Sequence record: OQ633420.1
DNA length: 32,000 nt
Strand: one strand, 5' to 3'
Origin: Pseudomonas phage PotUPM1
Shown: piece by piece, positions 17,616-26,054 of the stretch
Layout of the letters: the number at the start of each line of letters is the position of its first letter
Numbering within the stretch: the first letter of the stretch is position 1
Notes under the pieces: generated by a model
What the model saw: the letters and a program-made list of their open reading frames with translations, nothing else
Database searches by the model: none
What the model was told of the DNA's origin: nothing
Position numbers and translations under genes: made by a program

Positions 17616-18166
17616 GACTCAGGCTCCAGCCACAGGCCGCGCACCACGCCGTCGTCCCGATCAGACGCCAGGGACAGGACGGTGTAGCGCACTCCGCCTG
17701 CCTCCAGTTGGTCCCCATCCTCCACCCGGCCGGCCTCGATCAGCGCCACCTCGGCATAGGTCCGCAGGATCGGCGCTTCGGCGTACTCCTGATTGACGAA
17801 GGGGACATCGAAGGCGAGGAAGACCCGGCAGGGCCTGGGCACCAGTCCGTTCACCAGTGCCTGGCCAGGAACGCCCATCAGCTCATCGCCGGTGATGCGC
17901 AGCTCGGCGCGGTTGCCGATGGGGTCACGAACGCTGGTGATATGAAACAGCCGGCCACCCTGGCGCAGGTACCGCCCGATGACGAACTGCGGGCAGTAGC
18001 GCGCGCGGATATCCACGCGGACGGGGTTACGCAGGCTGGTCGGTGCGGCCGGGGCGGCGGCCTCCTCAGTAACAATCCCCACCCATCGGCGCCCCAGGCA
18101 GCGCTCCTGGAGGTCCGGGCCAAGCTCCAGCAGCTCGGCCCGATGTCGAATCTCGCCGGCTCTCAT
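17612..18166 (-). CDS. Head-tail joining protein
   Basis: MRAGEIRHRAELLELG...VDIRARYCPQFVIGRYLRQGGRLFHITSVRD...RAELRITGDE pattern of head-tail adaptors. Confidence 0.65.
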   Translation of the reverse strand: MRAGEIRHRAELLELGPDLQERCLGRRWVGIVTEEAAAPAAPTSLRNPVRVDIRARYCPQFVIGRYLRQGGRLFHITSVRDPIGNRAELRITGDELMGVPGQALVNGLVPRPCRVFLAFDVPFVNQEYAEAPILRTYAEVALIEAGRVEDGDQLEAGGVRYTVLSLASDRDDGVVRGLWLEPES

Positions 18167-18489
18167 CGGAACGACCTCCGCGGCCACAGTAGAGCCTCGA
18201 CACCGAAAGGCAGAGATGAAGTGATTGTTCCAATCACCACCGCCTCGCGGTTGTTGTAGAAGTGGCCGACCAGCAGCAGGATCGCCTGGCCGACATCCTT
18301 GGTCAGGAGCATCTGGGTCGCCTGATCCAGCGCCGGGGCGTCAGGCCCCGGCGCCGGATCGACGATGGTGCGATCACAGAAGACTTCGACGTGGGCCCTG
18401 GCCGCGTCGAGGTAGGCCTGGATCAGGTCGTCCTCCTCGTCGTGCTCGATCCGGAGATGCTCCTTCGCGCGTGCCAGGTCCACCATCAC
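18163..18489 (-). CDS. Head-tail connector (gp6-like)
   Basis: VDLARAKEHLRIEHDEEDDLIQAYLDAARAHVEVFCDRTI...QAILLLVGHFYNNREAV is the family signature. Confidence 0.88.
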   Translation of the reverse strand: MMVDLARAKEHLRIEHDEEDDLIQAYLDAARAHVEVFCDRTIVDPAPGPDAPALDQATQMLLTKDVGQAILLLVGHFYNNREAVVIGTITSSLPFGVEALLWPRRSFR

Positions 18490-18758
18490 TTGGCTCCTTT
18501 ACGGCTCGTGGCTTTCGGCGCAGCGGGTTCCCGCTGGGGTTCCGGCTGGGGTTCCGGCTGGGGTTCCGGCTGGGGTTCCGGCTGGGGTTCCGGCTGGGCC
18601 TGGCCATCGGCGACTTCGACGCGCTCGGCCAGGCCCATGCCGATCAGCGCTTCGGCGATGTCATCCGGTACGGCCTTTTCCTGGCCGCCGTCGATGGTGC
18701 CGAGGTGGTAGTGGGAAAACTCGCGCAGGGCGCGGATGGTGGTTCTCGGTTTAGCCAC
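18486..18758 (-). CDS. Small head-associated protein with QPEP repeat tail
   Basis: ORF between the connector and capsid with (QPEP)n C-terminus. Stop overlaps the connector start. Confidence 0.55.
   Translation of the reverse strand: MAKPRTTIRALREFSHYHLGTIDGGQEKAVPDDIAEALIGMGLAERVEVADGQAQPEPQPEPQPEPQPEPQPEPQREPAAPKATSRKGAK
18526..18597. repeat. Six 12-bp tandem units (GGTTCCGGCTGG; first unit variant)
   Basis: Direct reading of + strand. Confidence 0.95.
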
Positions 18759-18809
18759 GGCGATGCCCGGGGCGGTTACCCGCCCCGGCCTCTTCGGTCA
18801 GGGGGTTGA

Positions 18810-19958
18810 TCAGGCGAAGGCGCCGTCGACGATGGCGGCCGGGCGGTAGTGGGCCAGGGCCAGGCGTTCTTCGCAGAGGATGGTGAGCATGTTCTTCACG
18901 AAGTTGTCGCGGTCGTGAGGGCTCACCTCTACCGAGGCGTCCATGTTGTCCCAGATCTGCGAGGCCATATCGAAGCCGCCCACGGTGAACTCGCCACGGG
19001 TCTGGGCCATGGTCGGCACCACCGGAAGGCCCCACATGACGCGGGCCGCGAAGGCAGCCGGGCCGCCGAAGATGTAGCGGCCCTCGGCGTCCTTCATCAG
19101 CGCGATGGAGTGCCAGTCGCGCGGGTGCAGGACAATGCCGCTGGCTTCGAACTCCGACTCGGACACCTGGTAGATGGCGTGAGCGATCTTGTCCGCCATG
19201 GTGTCGCCTGCGACGTTCAGGCTGGCGTCGTAGTCGGTCGCCACCGTCTTCAGGCCCGGCAGGTTGTCTCCGGTCCCGTCGCCGGCGAGCAGCTGACCCT
19301 CCTCCTTCAGGCGCAGGCCGTACAGAAGGCGGTTGTTGAGGTAGGACTCCAGCTGCGGGGCGTCGGACATGATCTGCTTGGACGCCTGGATCCAGTGCGC
19401 AATGGTGCGGACGTTGGCGGTCTGCTTGGTGAAAGTCAGGTTCGACTCGGGCTTGAGCGCGCCCTCAGCCACCGGCGCGGCGCTGTTGGTGAAGACGTTC
19501 TCGCGCACGTACTCGACGGCGTTGCTGATGGTGCGGCCCTGGGCGAGCAGGTCGCGGATGGTCAGGCGGCGCAGGCCCGGCATCAGGATGCCCGGCATCT
19601 GCATCGGCTGGACCAGGGCACCGGCGGAACCGGCCCCGCTGCCGAGCGCCTTGTGGAAGCTCTTGACGCCGACCTTTGCCGACTTGCCGTCCCAGCTCTT
19701 GATCAGGTCTTCGGCTGTCTGCTCGGCGAAGGACTTGGTGGTGGCCGGGTCGTCGCCACCCTTGGTCAGGCGCTGCTCCAGGTCGAACAGGCGGGTGCCG
19801 GCGGTCTTGAGCTCGTCGTTCACCTTCACCAGGTCATCCTGCAGTTGCTTGCTGATCTGGCCGGTGGCTTCGATTTCTTTCTTCTGGGCGTCGAACAGAG
19901 CCTGCATCTTGCCTTGGGACTCTTCGATGGCCTTCGTGATTTGAGCAAGTTCGCTCAT
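18810..19958 (-). CDS. HK97-family major capsid protein
   Basis: MSELAQITKAIEESQGKMQALF... LTIRDLLAQGRTISNAVEYVRE...NAAPVAEGALKPESNLTFTKQTANVRTIAHWIQASKQIMSDAPQLESYL. Real start is at 19958, not the 20723 of the long ORF. Confidence 0.95.
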   Translation of the reverse strand: MSELAQITKAIEESQGKMQALFDAQKKEIEATGQISKQLQDDLVKVNDELKTAGTRLFDLEQRLTKGGDDPATTKSFAEQTAEDLIKSWDGKSAKVGVKSFHKALGSGAGSAGALVQPMQMPGILMPGLRRLTIRDLLAQGRTISNAVEYVRENVFTNSAAPVAEGALKPESNLTFTKQTANVRTIAHWIQASKQIMSDAPQLESYLNNRLLYGLRLKEEGQLLAGDGTGDNLPGLKTVATDYDASLNVAGDTMADKIAHAIYQVSESEFEASGIVLHPRDWHSIALMKDAEGRYIFGGPAAFAARVMWGLPVVPTMAQTRGEFTVGGFDMASQIWDNMDASVEVSPHDRDNFVKNMLTILCEERLALAHYRPAAIVDGAFA

Positions 19959-19960
19959 GG

Positions 19961-20623
19961 TTAGATCCTCGGTTGGAAATTGCTGATGCGCGCGATCAAC
20001 GCGGCAATGTCGTCGCCACCTTCGGACTCGCTCCGAACAGCGGACTTGACGCAGGCGATGACGGCCTGCGCTTCGGACTTGGAGAGGCCAGCAGAGTCCC
20101 TCAGCCAGTGCTCCACGTCGCGGATGGTGACCAGGCCCTCGAGGCTCTTGAGCGACGCGACGGTCGCCTGCTCGTTGGCGGGCTGGGTGCAGATGCTGAT
20201 CTCGCTGAGGCGCGAGACGTTCTTGAAGGCGCGGCCGGTGCTGATGATTTCGTAATCGTCGCGGCCGGCACCGAAGCCCACGGACAAGCCGTCGACGGTG
20301 CCGTGGGCCATGGCGGCCTTGATGTCGGCGGCGGTGGAGTGCCCGGGCGTCAGGGAGCCACGGACCAGCAGGCCCTTGCTGTCCTCTTCCAGGTGCTCCC
20401 ACTTGCCCACCGGGATCTCCCAGGCGCGGTGGTTGAAGAACATGGAGACCTTGCGGGTCTGGCTGGCCAGGGCGTTCTTGAAGGCGCCCGGCAGCATGAT
20501 GTCGCCGTCGGAGTCGACGACGCCGAAGACCGAGGCATAGCCCTCGAAGATGCCTTCGGTGCTGGAGCCTACGAACTTCAGCTCGGCCTGGTCGAAGGCG
20601 ATGGTCTTGCAGATGTTGGGCAT
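19961..20623 (-). CDS. HK97-family prohead protease
   Basis: GIFEGYASVFGVVDSDGDIMLPGAF...VSMFFNHRAWEIPVGKW...GLSVGFGA. Confidence 0.93.
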   Translation of the reverse strand: MPNICKTIAFDQAELKFVGSSTEGIFEGYASVFGVVDSDGDIMLPGAFKNALASQTRKVSMFFNHRAWEIPVGKWEHLEEDSKGLLVRGSLTPGHSTAADIKAAMAHGTVDGLSVGFGAGRDDYEIISTGRAFKNVSRLSEISICTQPANEQATVASLKSLEGLVTIRDVEHWLRDSAGLSKSEAQAVIACVKSAVRSESEGGDDIAALIARISNFQPRI

Positions 20624-20640
20624 TGCAGCCTCCAGAAAAA

Positions 20641-21912
20641 CTAAGCCCCGCTGGGTGCGGGGCTTGGGTTGCCGAGTTGAGTGATCGGTACGTTCTGCGA
20701 CTGCCGCGTCGCGACATCGCCACCGGGGAGAGGTGGCAGGTTGTCCAGGCGGCGCAGTTCGTTGATTGTCCTGAGCCCCTTGTCCACCATGACGCCCATA
20801 AATGCCGCTCGGGCAGCAGAGTCCCCGCGCAGGAGGCCGTCCAGGTTGTGCTCAGCGTGATAACGGGCGATGTCTTTCGTCGGCACCAGCCAGCGCCAGA
20901 TCGAAGCCTCCCAACGCCCCGTGTAAGGCGCGAGGGTGTATTGCAGGAAACCGAGGTTCTGCTGCTCCAGACCGGTTACCCAGCCTCCGGCCCTGTCCAC
21001 ATCACCGACCAGGTGAGGCGGTACGCCATAGAAGCGCGCCAGTTCGCTGACCTGGAACTTGCGGGCGGCCATGGTCTCGGCGTCCTGCGGGCTGACGCCG
21101 ATGGGCTGGGTGGTGAACCCGGCTTCCAGCACCCACAGGCGCTTGCGCACGGGGCCGCCGGCGATCTCCTTGAAGTTCTCGTCGAGCTGGTCGCGCTGGT
21201 CGCGTGTGAGCTTGTGGTCCCCGGTGAAGAGGATCTGGGGTGACTTTGCGCCATTGGCGTAGAAGTCGCGCTGCTGGTCTTCCATCGCGATCGCAACGCC
21301 GGAGGACTTAGCCCCGAAGGCAATCGGTGATAGGCCGACTAGGCCGTTAAAGCCGAACCCCTTGAGGTGTAGGATCTCGCTCTGGTTGAACTCGGCGTAC
21401 TCGGTGTCGCGCCGGTACCTGTAGACGACCCTTTTCTTCTCCAGTCGAACATCCATGTTCGCGGACAACATCGGGATCAGCGAAACGACATCACCGACGC
21501 TGTTGCGCTCGATCAGCGCATACGCGTTTCCGTAGACAGCCAGCTGCATGGTCATGGCCTCGCGGAACTCGAGGGCCGTCATGTAGATATTCGGCGAATA
21601 CTGCAGCAGGCGCGCCAGCGGGTTATCCAGGCCGACCTTCCTGCGCACCCCGTTCACTGTCTCAAAGACATCCAACGGCAGGCTGGCCGTAACGGTGCTG
21701 ATCAGGCGCACGCAGGCCCACACGGTGGATATCTGCAGGATGCGCTCATCGGTGACCAGCGATTCGCCGACGGACCCGCCTGCGGAGATGGGGCCGGTCT
21801 GCGACCCCTTCTCAGGCGTCACCAGGCGGCCTCCGGTGAAGAAGGCGGCCATGCGCGCCCAGACAGGGCTGCGGGTGCGCAGGTCGATGCTGTAGTCGGT
21901 GTCTGCCATCAC
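20641..21912 (-). CDS. Phage portal protein (HK97 family)
   Basis: TVWACVRLISTVTASLPLDVFE...ALYGNAYALIERN...VLEAGFTTQPIGVSPQDAETMAARKFQVSELARFYGVPPHLVGD. Confidence 0.95.
   Translation of the reverse strand: MMADTDYSIDLRTRSPVWARMAAFFTGGRLVTPEKGSQTGPISAGGSVGESLVTDERILQISTVWACVRLISTVTASLPLDVFETVNGVRRKVGLDNPLARLLQYSPNIYMTALEFREAMTMQLAVYGNAYALIERNSVGDVVSLIPMLSANMDVRLEKKRVVYRYRRDTEYAEFNQSEILHLKGFGFNGLVGLSPIAFGAKSSGVAIAMEDQQRDFYANGAKSPQILFTGDHKLTRDQRDQLDENFKEIAGGPVRKRLWVLEAGFTTQPIGVSPQDAETMAARKFQVSELARFYGVPPHLVGDVDRAGGWVTGLEQQNLGFLQYTLAPYTGRWEASIWRWLVPTKDIARYHAEHNLDGLLRGDSAARAAFMGVMVDKGLRTINELRRLDNLPPLPGGDVATRQSQNVPITQLGNPSPAPSGA
20643..20665 (-). terminator. Terminator-like hairpin between portal and protease, overlapping the portal stop
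   Basis: Minus strand AAGCCCCGC-ACCCA-GCGGGGCTT-AG-TTTTT. Confidence 0.6.
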
Positions 21913-23618
21913 ATGCTCATGGGTCGGTTGAGGAAGTCGTCGAGGGACGCGGTATCCATCGAGTTGAGGGCCCGGTTGAGGGCGATGATCGTGGCGACCA
22001 TGCCGTCGATCTTGTTTTCAGCGCGTTCCTTGCGCGGGTAGATGTTGTCCTTGGCGTCGAGGGAGGCCACGACGTTGGAGGCCATCCACGACAGCACCGG
22101 GCACCCGCCATGGGCCAGGATGCGCAGCACCACCAGCTTCTCCAGCTCCTTCATGGGCTCGCTGAAGTTGCGGACGGTGGCACCCACCTCGACCATCGGG
22201 GCGCCCTCGGCTTCCATCTCCTGGGCGAGCTGGGTGGCCTGCCAGGGGTCGAAGCCGATCTGCTGGACGTTGAACCGCCCGAGGTCTTCGCGCAGGTCGT
22301 CCTTGATCACTTCGAAGTCGATCACTTCGCCGTCGGTGAGGGTCAGCAGGCCCAGGGCATCCCACTCGGCATAGCGCTGGGCGTTGGCGTCTTCGCTGTC
22401 CAGCACGCGCGCTTCGGGCAGGTAGTACCGGCCGTGCACATGCCACAGCGGGTCATCGTCCACCGGGGGGAACACCTTGACCGCGGCGGCCACGTCGATC
22501 TTCGACGCCAGGTCCAGGCCGATGTAGCAGGGGCGGCCCTCCAGTTCCTTGAGGGGCTTGCGCGGCTTGGCCTCGAACCATCGCAGCATGTTGAGCCACG
22601 CGGTCTTGGCGCCCACCCATTCGTTGAGGTGCTTGGTGCGGAACACTGCCTGCTTGCGGGCGGACTGCATGGCGTCGCGCAGGCGGGCCTGCAGGTAATC
22701 GGCCGAGACGGATACGCCGTAGTTGGGGTTCGCCTTGATCAGGTTGCGCGGGTCGGTCCAGTCGTCGCCCTGGTCCAGCGAGTAGAGCATGGCCCAGAGG
22801 TCCGGCTTGTCGGCCCCCGGCACCTTCTGCAGCATCTTCTCGGCGTCCCGCACCAGTTCGTGGCAGGGGCCACCGATGGTGGCGCCGGCGGTGGTGATGA
22901 CCAGCAGCACCGGCTGGTCGCGGGCGCCCATGCCGGTTTCCATGGTGTCGAACAGCGTGCTGTCGGCGTGCTCGTGGTACTCGTCGATGATGGCGCAGGA
23001 CGGCGAGGCGCCGTCGCCGGGCTTGCCGATCACGGGTTCGAACCGGCTGCCATCGTCGAGGCGGGCCATGTTCGAGGCGTTGACCTGGACGGCGAACCGC
23101 TCGCGCAGGGCGTCGGTCCGCTCCACCATCTGCTTCGCTGGGCGGAACACCTCCCAGGCCTGCTTCTCGGTCGTCGCGCCCGAATACACCTCGGCGCCGA
23201 ACTCGTTGTCAGCACAGAACATGTACAGGCCGGTACCGCCGGCGATGATGCTCTTGCCGTTCTTGCGCGGCACGAAGATCAGGATGACGCGGTACCGGCG
23301 GAACCCGGTCTTGTAGTGCACCCAGCCGAACGGGATGCAGACCGAGAACAGTTGCCAGGGCTCCAGTTTGATCGGCTCGCGCTTGGCCGCCCATTTGCCC
23401 TTGGTGTGGGGCAGCTTCTGCAGGAAACGGGCGATGCGCTCAGCCTTGGCCGGGTCGAACTTGTAGGGGAACTCAGCCGAGGCCTTGCGCTTGCGGTCGT
23501 CGAGGTGGCGCTGGCAGGCCAGCACCACCATCTTGCAGGCGATGATCTTGCCGCTCACCACGTCGCGCGCGTACTTCTCCGCCGCCCGGACGAAGGGGTA
23601 GGTCTTCTTGGTAGCCAT
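21909..23618 (-). CDS. terL: Terminase large subunit
   Basis: EPWQLFSVCIPFGW, ILIFVPRKNGKS (Walker A-like), IIDEYHEH, YIGLDLASKIDVAAAVKVF. Confidence 0.95.
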   Translation of the reverse strand: MATKKTYPFVRAAEKYARDVVSGKIIACKMVVLACQRHLDDRKRKASAEFPYKFDPAKAERIARFLQKLPHTKGKWAAKREPIKLEPWQLFSVCIPFGWVHYKTGFRRYRVILIFVPRKNGKSIIAGGTGLYMFCADNEFGAEVYSGATTEKQAWEVFRPAKQMVERTDALRERFAVQVNASNMARLDDGSRFEPVIGKPGDGASPSCAIIDEYHEHADSTLFDTMETGMGARDQPVLLVITTAGATIGGPCHELVRDAEKMLQKVPGADKPDLWAMLYSLDQGDDWTDPRNLIKANPNYGVSVSADYLQARLRDAMQSARKQAVFRTKHLNEWVGAKTAWLNMLRWFEAKPRKPLKELEGRPCYIGLDLASKIDVAAAVKVFPPVDDDPLWHVHGRYYLPEARVLDSEDANAQRYAEWDALGLLTLTDGEVIDFEVIKDDLREDLGRFNVQQIGFDPWQATQLAQEMEAEGAPMVEVGATVRNFSEPMKELEKLVVLRILAHGGCPVLSWMASNVVASLDAKDNIYPRKERAENKIDGMVATIIALNRALNSMDTASLDDFLNRPMSM

Positions 23619-23998
23619 CAGAACTCATCGAACGCGGATGCGCTGGGCCGGCTGGGCTTGCCCGCGACCTTCGCCCGGTCGGCAGGCGTCATGCCGAACT
23701 TGCCGAGCAGGGCCTCGAGGCGGACCAGCTTGGTCGCTGGGAATTCCACAGGGTCCTCGCGGAACTGGTGGAGCAGTTGGGCGGCGAGCTCCAGCGCGAT
23801 GCGGTCGGAGTTGGTCAGCACCTCGAGCGGCGCGTGACCGGCAATCTCTTTCCAGGCGTGGAGTGCGCCACCATTCAAATGAGGGGGCGGACCGGTCAGC
23901 GGTCCGACTGTCTTGGCGTCTTCCCTGGCGCGTTGCGGGTCTTTCTTGAAGGCGCCAGTCAGCTCAAGCACGTTCGTCGGCTTGCGGGGTCTGGCCAT
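23618..23998 (-). CDS. terS: Terminase small subunit (P27 family)
   Basis: MARPRKPTNVLELTGAFKKDPQRAREDAK... with a typical C-terminus. Immediately upstream of terL. Confidence 0.85.
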   Translation of the reverse strand: MARPRKPTNVLELTGAFKKDPQRAREDAKTVGPLTGPPPHLNGGALHAWKEIAGHAPLEVLTNSDRIALELAAQLLHQFREDPVEFPATKLVRLEALLGKFGMTPADRAKVAGKPSRPSASAFDEF

Positions 23999-24072
23999 TT
24001 TGGGAATCCGGATTTTGCGGAAATGGAAATTTGGCTCCCCCCGTCGTTCGGGCCTGTGAGCCTATGGAGTTT

Positions 24073-24471
24073 TTACCCTCCCCCCTGGGTCAGCCCGACC
24101 CGCCGCCCGACCCGGTTGTGGCAGGCGCGGCAGAGGCTGCGGAGGTTGGACCAGTCGAGGGCCAGGTGAGGCGCTTCCTTCAGGGGCACGCGGTGGTCGA
24201 CGATCTCCATCTCCACCACCCTGCCCTGCTTCTCGCACTCCTCACAGAGCGGATGCGCACGCTTGAATCGCGCCCTGCACACCTGCCAGGCCTTGGACTT
24301 GTAGAACTTGTCGCTCGCGTCGCGGCGGCGGTTGTACTCGATGTGCACCCGCTTCAGGTGCTCGGCACGCTTCTGGTCGGCGACTTCCTGGTGCTTGGGG
24401 CAGTGAGCCTTTCCCCTCACCAGCTCGCGGCACCCTGGGGTTGCGCAGGGCTTCAGAGGTCGAATGGGCAT
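24073..24471 (-). CDS. HNH endonuclease (packaging-associated)
   Basis: HPLCEECEKQGRVVEMEIVDHRVPLKEAPHLALDWSNLRSLCRACHNRVGRR. Confidence 0.9.
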   Translation of the reverse strand: MPIRPLKPCATPGCRELVRGKAHCPKHQEVADQKRAEHLKRVHIEYNRRRDASDKFYKSKAWQVCRARFKRAHPLCEECEKQGRVVEMEIVDHRVPLKEAPHLALDWSNLRSLCRACHNRVGRRVGLTQGGG

Positions 24472-24551
24472 GTGTTGCGCCTTGTTTTAAGCTCGCAGAC
24501 TGGCTGATAGGCTCATGGGTCCCATATCAGCTAGCGAAACAGGAGGCTCAG

Positions 24552-24776
24552 ATGTCAGAGAACGATGGATGGCCAGCACCAGTTGCCGGTGTGCTTAACC
24601 CAATAGACGACCCATACGCGGCCGCCCAGCAAATGGCAGTAGCAATCGTTTCAAGCGGAACGTTCGGGCTACCGATCGAAGCAGGTAAAGCCGCTGATCG
24701 TGTCGATGAATTAGTCCGAGCATTACTCGACAACTATCTGAAGCTACGCGATCACTACGACGGCAGTAGGCATTGA
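24552..24776 (+). CDS. Small hypothetical protein encoded opposite to the late operon
   Basis: aggagg RBS 5 nt before the ATG. 74 aa acidic protein MSENDGWPAPVAGVLNPIDDPYAAAQQMAVAIVSSGTFGL... Confidence 0.6.
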   Translation: MSENDGWPAPVAGVLNPIDDPYAAAQQMAVAIVSSGTFGLPIEAGKAADRVDELVRALLDNYLKLRDHYDGSRH

Positions 24777-24781
24777 TAATC

Positions 24782-24810
24782 AGGCGGCGCCGCTTAGCCG
24801 CGCCGCCTTT
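24782..24810 (+). terminator. Hairpin after the + strand gene
   Basis: AGGCGGCGC-N9-GCGCCGCCT-TT, 9-bp perfect stem with a short T tract. Confidence 0.45.
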
Positions 24811-25138
24811 CGACGCCCGACCATGGCCGCTCCCAGTCCACTCGCAGGGCGGCAGCAACGTTGCCCCGGGCGCGGTACAGCAGCACGGCCATCACGAACA
24901 GCAGGCAGACCAGCAGGGGCGACACAGGCGCCACCGGCTGTCCGCACGCGCTGTACAGCACCACGCTCAGGGCGTAGCAGCCAGACGAAGCGCTGAGCAC
25001 CCAGGCCAGCAGGGAGGCGCCTGGCTTGTACTGGTGCCCATCCGGGCGCCATAGAACGATGCGGAACGAGATGGCGGCGCAGATCGCGGCGGCCACCAGG
25101 GCCCACGGGTCTACCGTCAGGATGCTACCCATTGCCAT
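24794..25138 (-). CDS. Holin-like/small membrane protein
   Basis: Three hydrophobic segments (ALVAAAICAAISF, LLAWVLSASSGCYALSVVLY, LLVCLLFVMAVLLY). Confidence 0.6.
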   Translation of the reverse strand: MAMGSILTVDPWALVAAAICAAISFRIVLWRPDGHQYKPGASLLAWVLSASSGCYALSVVLYSACGQPVAPVSPLLVCLLFVMAVLLYRARGNVAAALRVDWERPWSGVERRRG

Positions 25139-25517
25139 TACCTCCAGAGCCAGGGCGAACCCAGCTCATCACCGCACGCAGCCAGGCGGGAGGCTGGCCA
25201 CCGCGCACCCAGTCCGCAACGCTGATCAGGGCGGCGACGATGAGCGCGCCCGAGATGAGGGCAGGCAGGCCGCTATAGGTCGAATACCCACGGCCTACCA
25301 CCTCGACGGCTACCTGGTAGCCGCCAATCCACGACACGAACAGATAGGCCAGGCGGGCCCAGACGGTCAGGTCCCTGGCCCAGGCCACGAAGAAGAGGGC
25401 ACCGGCTACTCCGCCGATCACCGCATTGAGGTCTACGCCCGGGACCAGGCTTGCAGCCGTGATGCCCAGGGCGGTCGGTGCTGCTACTGCAAGGGCAGTG
25501 CTGCTGGGCTCGGCCAT
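25125..25517 (-). CDS. Putative holin (3-TM type)
   Basis: MAEPSSTALAVAAPTALGITAASLVPGVDLNAVIGGVAGALFFVAWARDL... is a common phage holin pattern. First gene after the late terminators. Confidence 0.7.
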   Translation of the reverse strand: MAEPSSTALAVAAPTALGITAASLVPGVDLNAVIGGVAGALFFVAWARDLTVWARLAYLFVSWIGGYQVAVEVVGRGYSTYSGLPALISGALIVAALISVADWVRGGQPPAWLRAVMSWVRPGSGGNGNG

Positions 25518-25532
25518 GTGGATCTCCATGAA

Positions 25533-25553
25533 TAAAAGGCCCGCGCGGCGGGC
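25533..25553 (-). terminator. Second terminator of the late leader (tR'-like)
   Basis: Minus strand GCCCGC-CGC-GCGGGC-CTTTTATT. Confidence 0.7.
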
Positions 25554-25625
25554 AAGGGCGCCGATCTGAGGGCTGGGGAGACAGTGATCGGCGCAGAGCA
25601 ATGCGTTGGCAGGAAGCCAGAAACG

Positions 25626-25655
25626 AAAAAGCCCCGGCGCATGGCCAGGGCTTTT
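25626..25655 (-). terminator. First terminator downstream of the late promoter
   Basis: AAAAGCCC...GGGCTTTT inverted repeat, with A/T tracts on both strands. Confidence 0.65.
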
Positions 25656-25683
25656 CAAGCGGTAAAACCGCAAAGTAGCTGCA

Positions 25684-25712
25684 ACTCTATGGTTCTCGAC
25701 CGGTCGAGTCAA
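25684..25712 (-). promoter_or_regulatory. Late promoter (pR'-like)
   Basis: Minus strand TTGACT-N17-TAGAGT. The spacer holds most of the palindrome CTCGACCGGTCGAG. Directly after the Q-like gene. Confidence 0.7.
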
Positions 25713-26041
25713 GCGGCCTCGCGCCGATGCTCGAGCGCACCATCCAACCAGGCCACGCCAGCCTTCCACAGCCCCCGCGTCTTCTCCTTGCTGAAGCCCA
25801 TCTTGCGCGACAGCTGATCCAGCGGCAGCCCGCTGGTGTAGTAGCGCAGGATCACCTCACCGCACTCCGGGTACCGCTTGCCCAGCCTGGCGATGAGGCG
25901 GTCCAGCAGCAGCGCCTCGTCGTCCGTGATCATGGGTGTTGGCCGGTAGCCAACCACAGCGCAGCTCGGTACGCCGCTGCCCTGCACCACCCACAGCCCC
26001 CATTGCTCGAGCATCTCTTCGGTGTCTCTTGTCTGCACCAT
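25709..26041 (-). CDS. Q-like late antitermination protein
   Basis: MITDDEALLLDRLIARLGKRYPECGEVILRYYTSGLPLDQLSRKMGFSKEKTRGLWKAGVAWLDGALEHR is sigma-region-4-like/HTH. Position between early genes and the late promoter. Confidence 0.7.
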   Translation of the reverse strand: MVQTRDTEEMLEQWGLWVVQGSGVPSCAVVGYRPTPMITDDEALLLDRLIARLGKRYPECGEVILRYYTSGLPLDQLSRKMGFSKEKTRGLWKAGVAWLDGALEHRREAA

Positions 26042-26054
26042 TGCCTGCTCCTAT

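Noticed and set aside
18810-20723. 637-aa minus ORF taken as one protein
   Set aside because: Only 18810-19958 is capsid. The upstream part overlaps the prohead protease in another frame and is low-complexity Arg-rich sequence.
22110-23837. 575-aa + strand ORF
   Set aside because: Antisense to TerL; composition typical of a shadow frame.
24482-24510. Promoter for the 24552 gene (TTGTTT-N17-TGATAG)
   Set aside because: The -10 matches poorly and part lies in the HNH start region; not strong enough to list as a feature.
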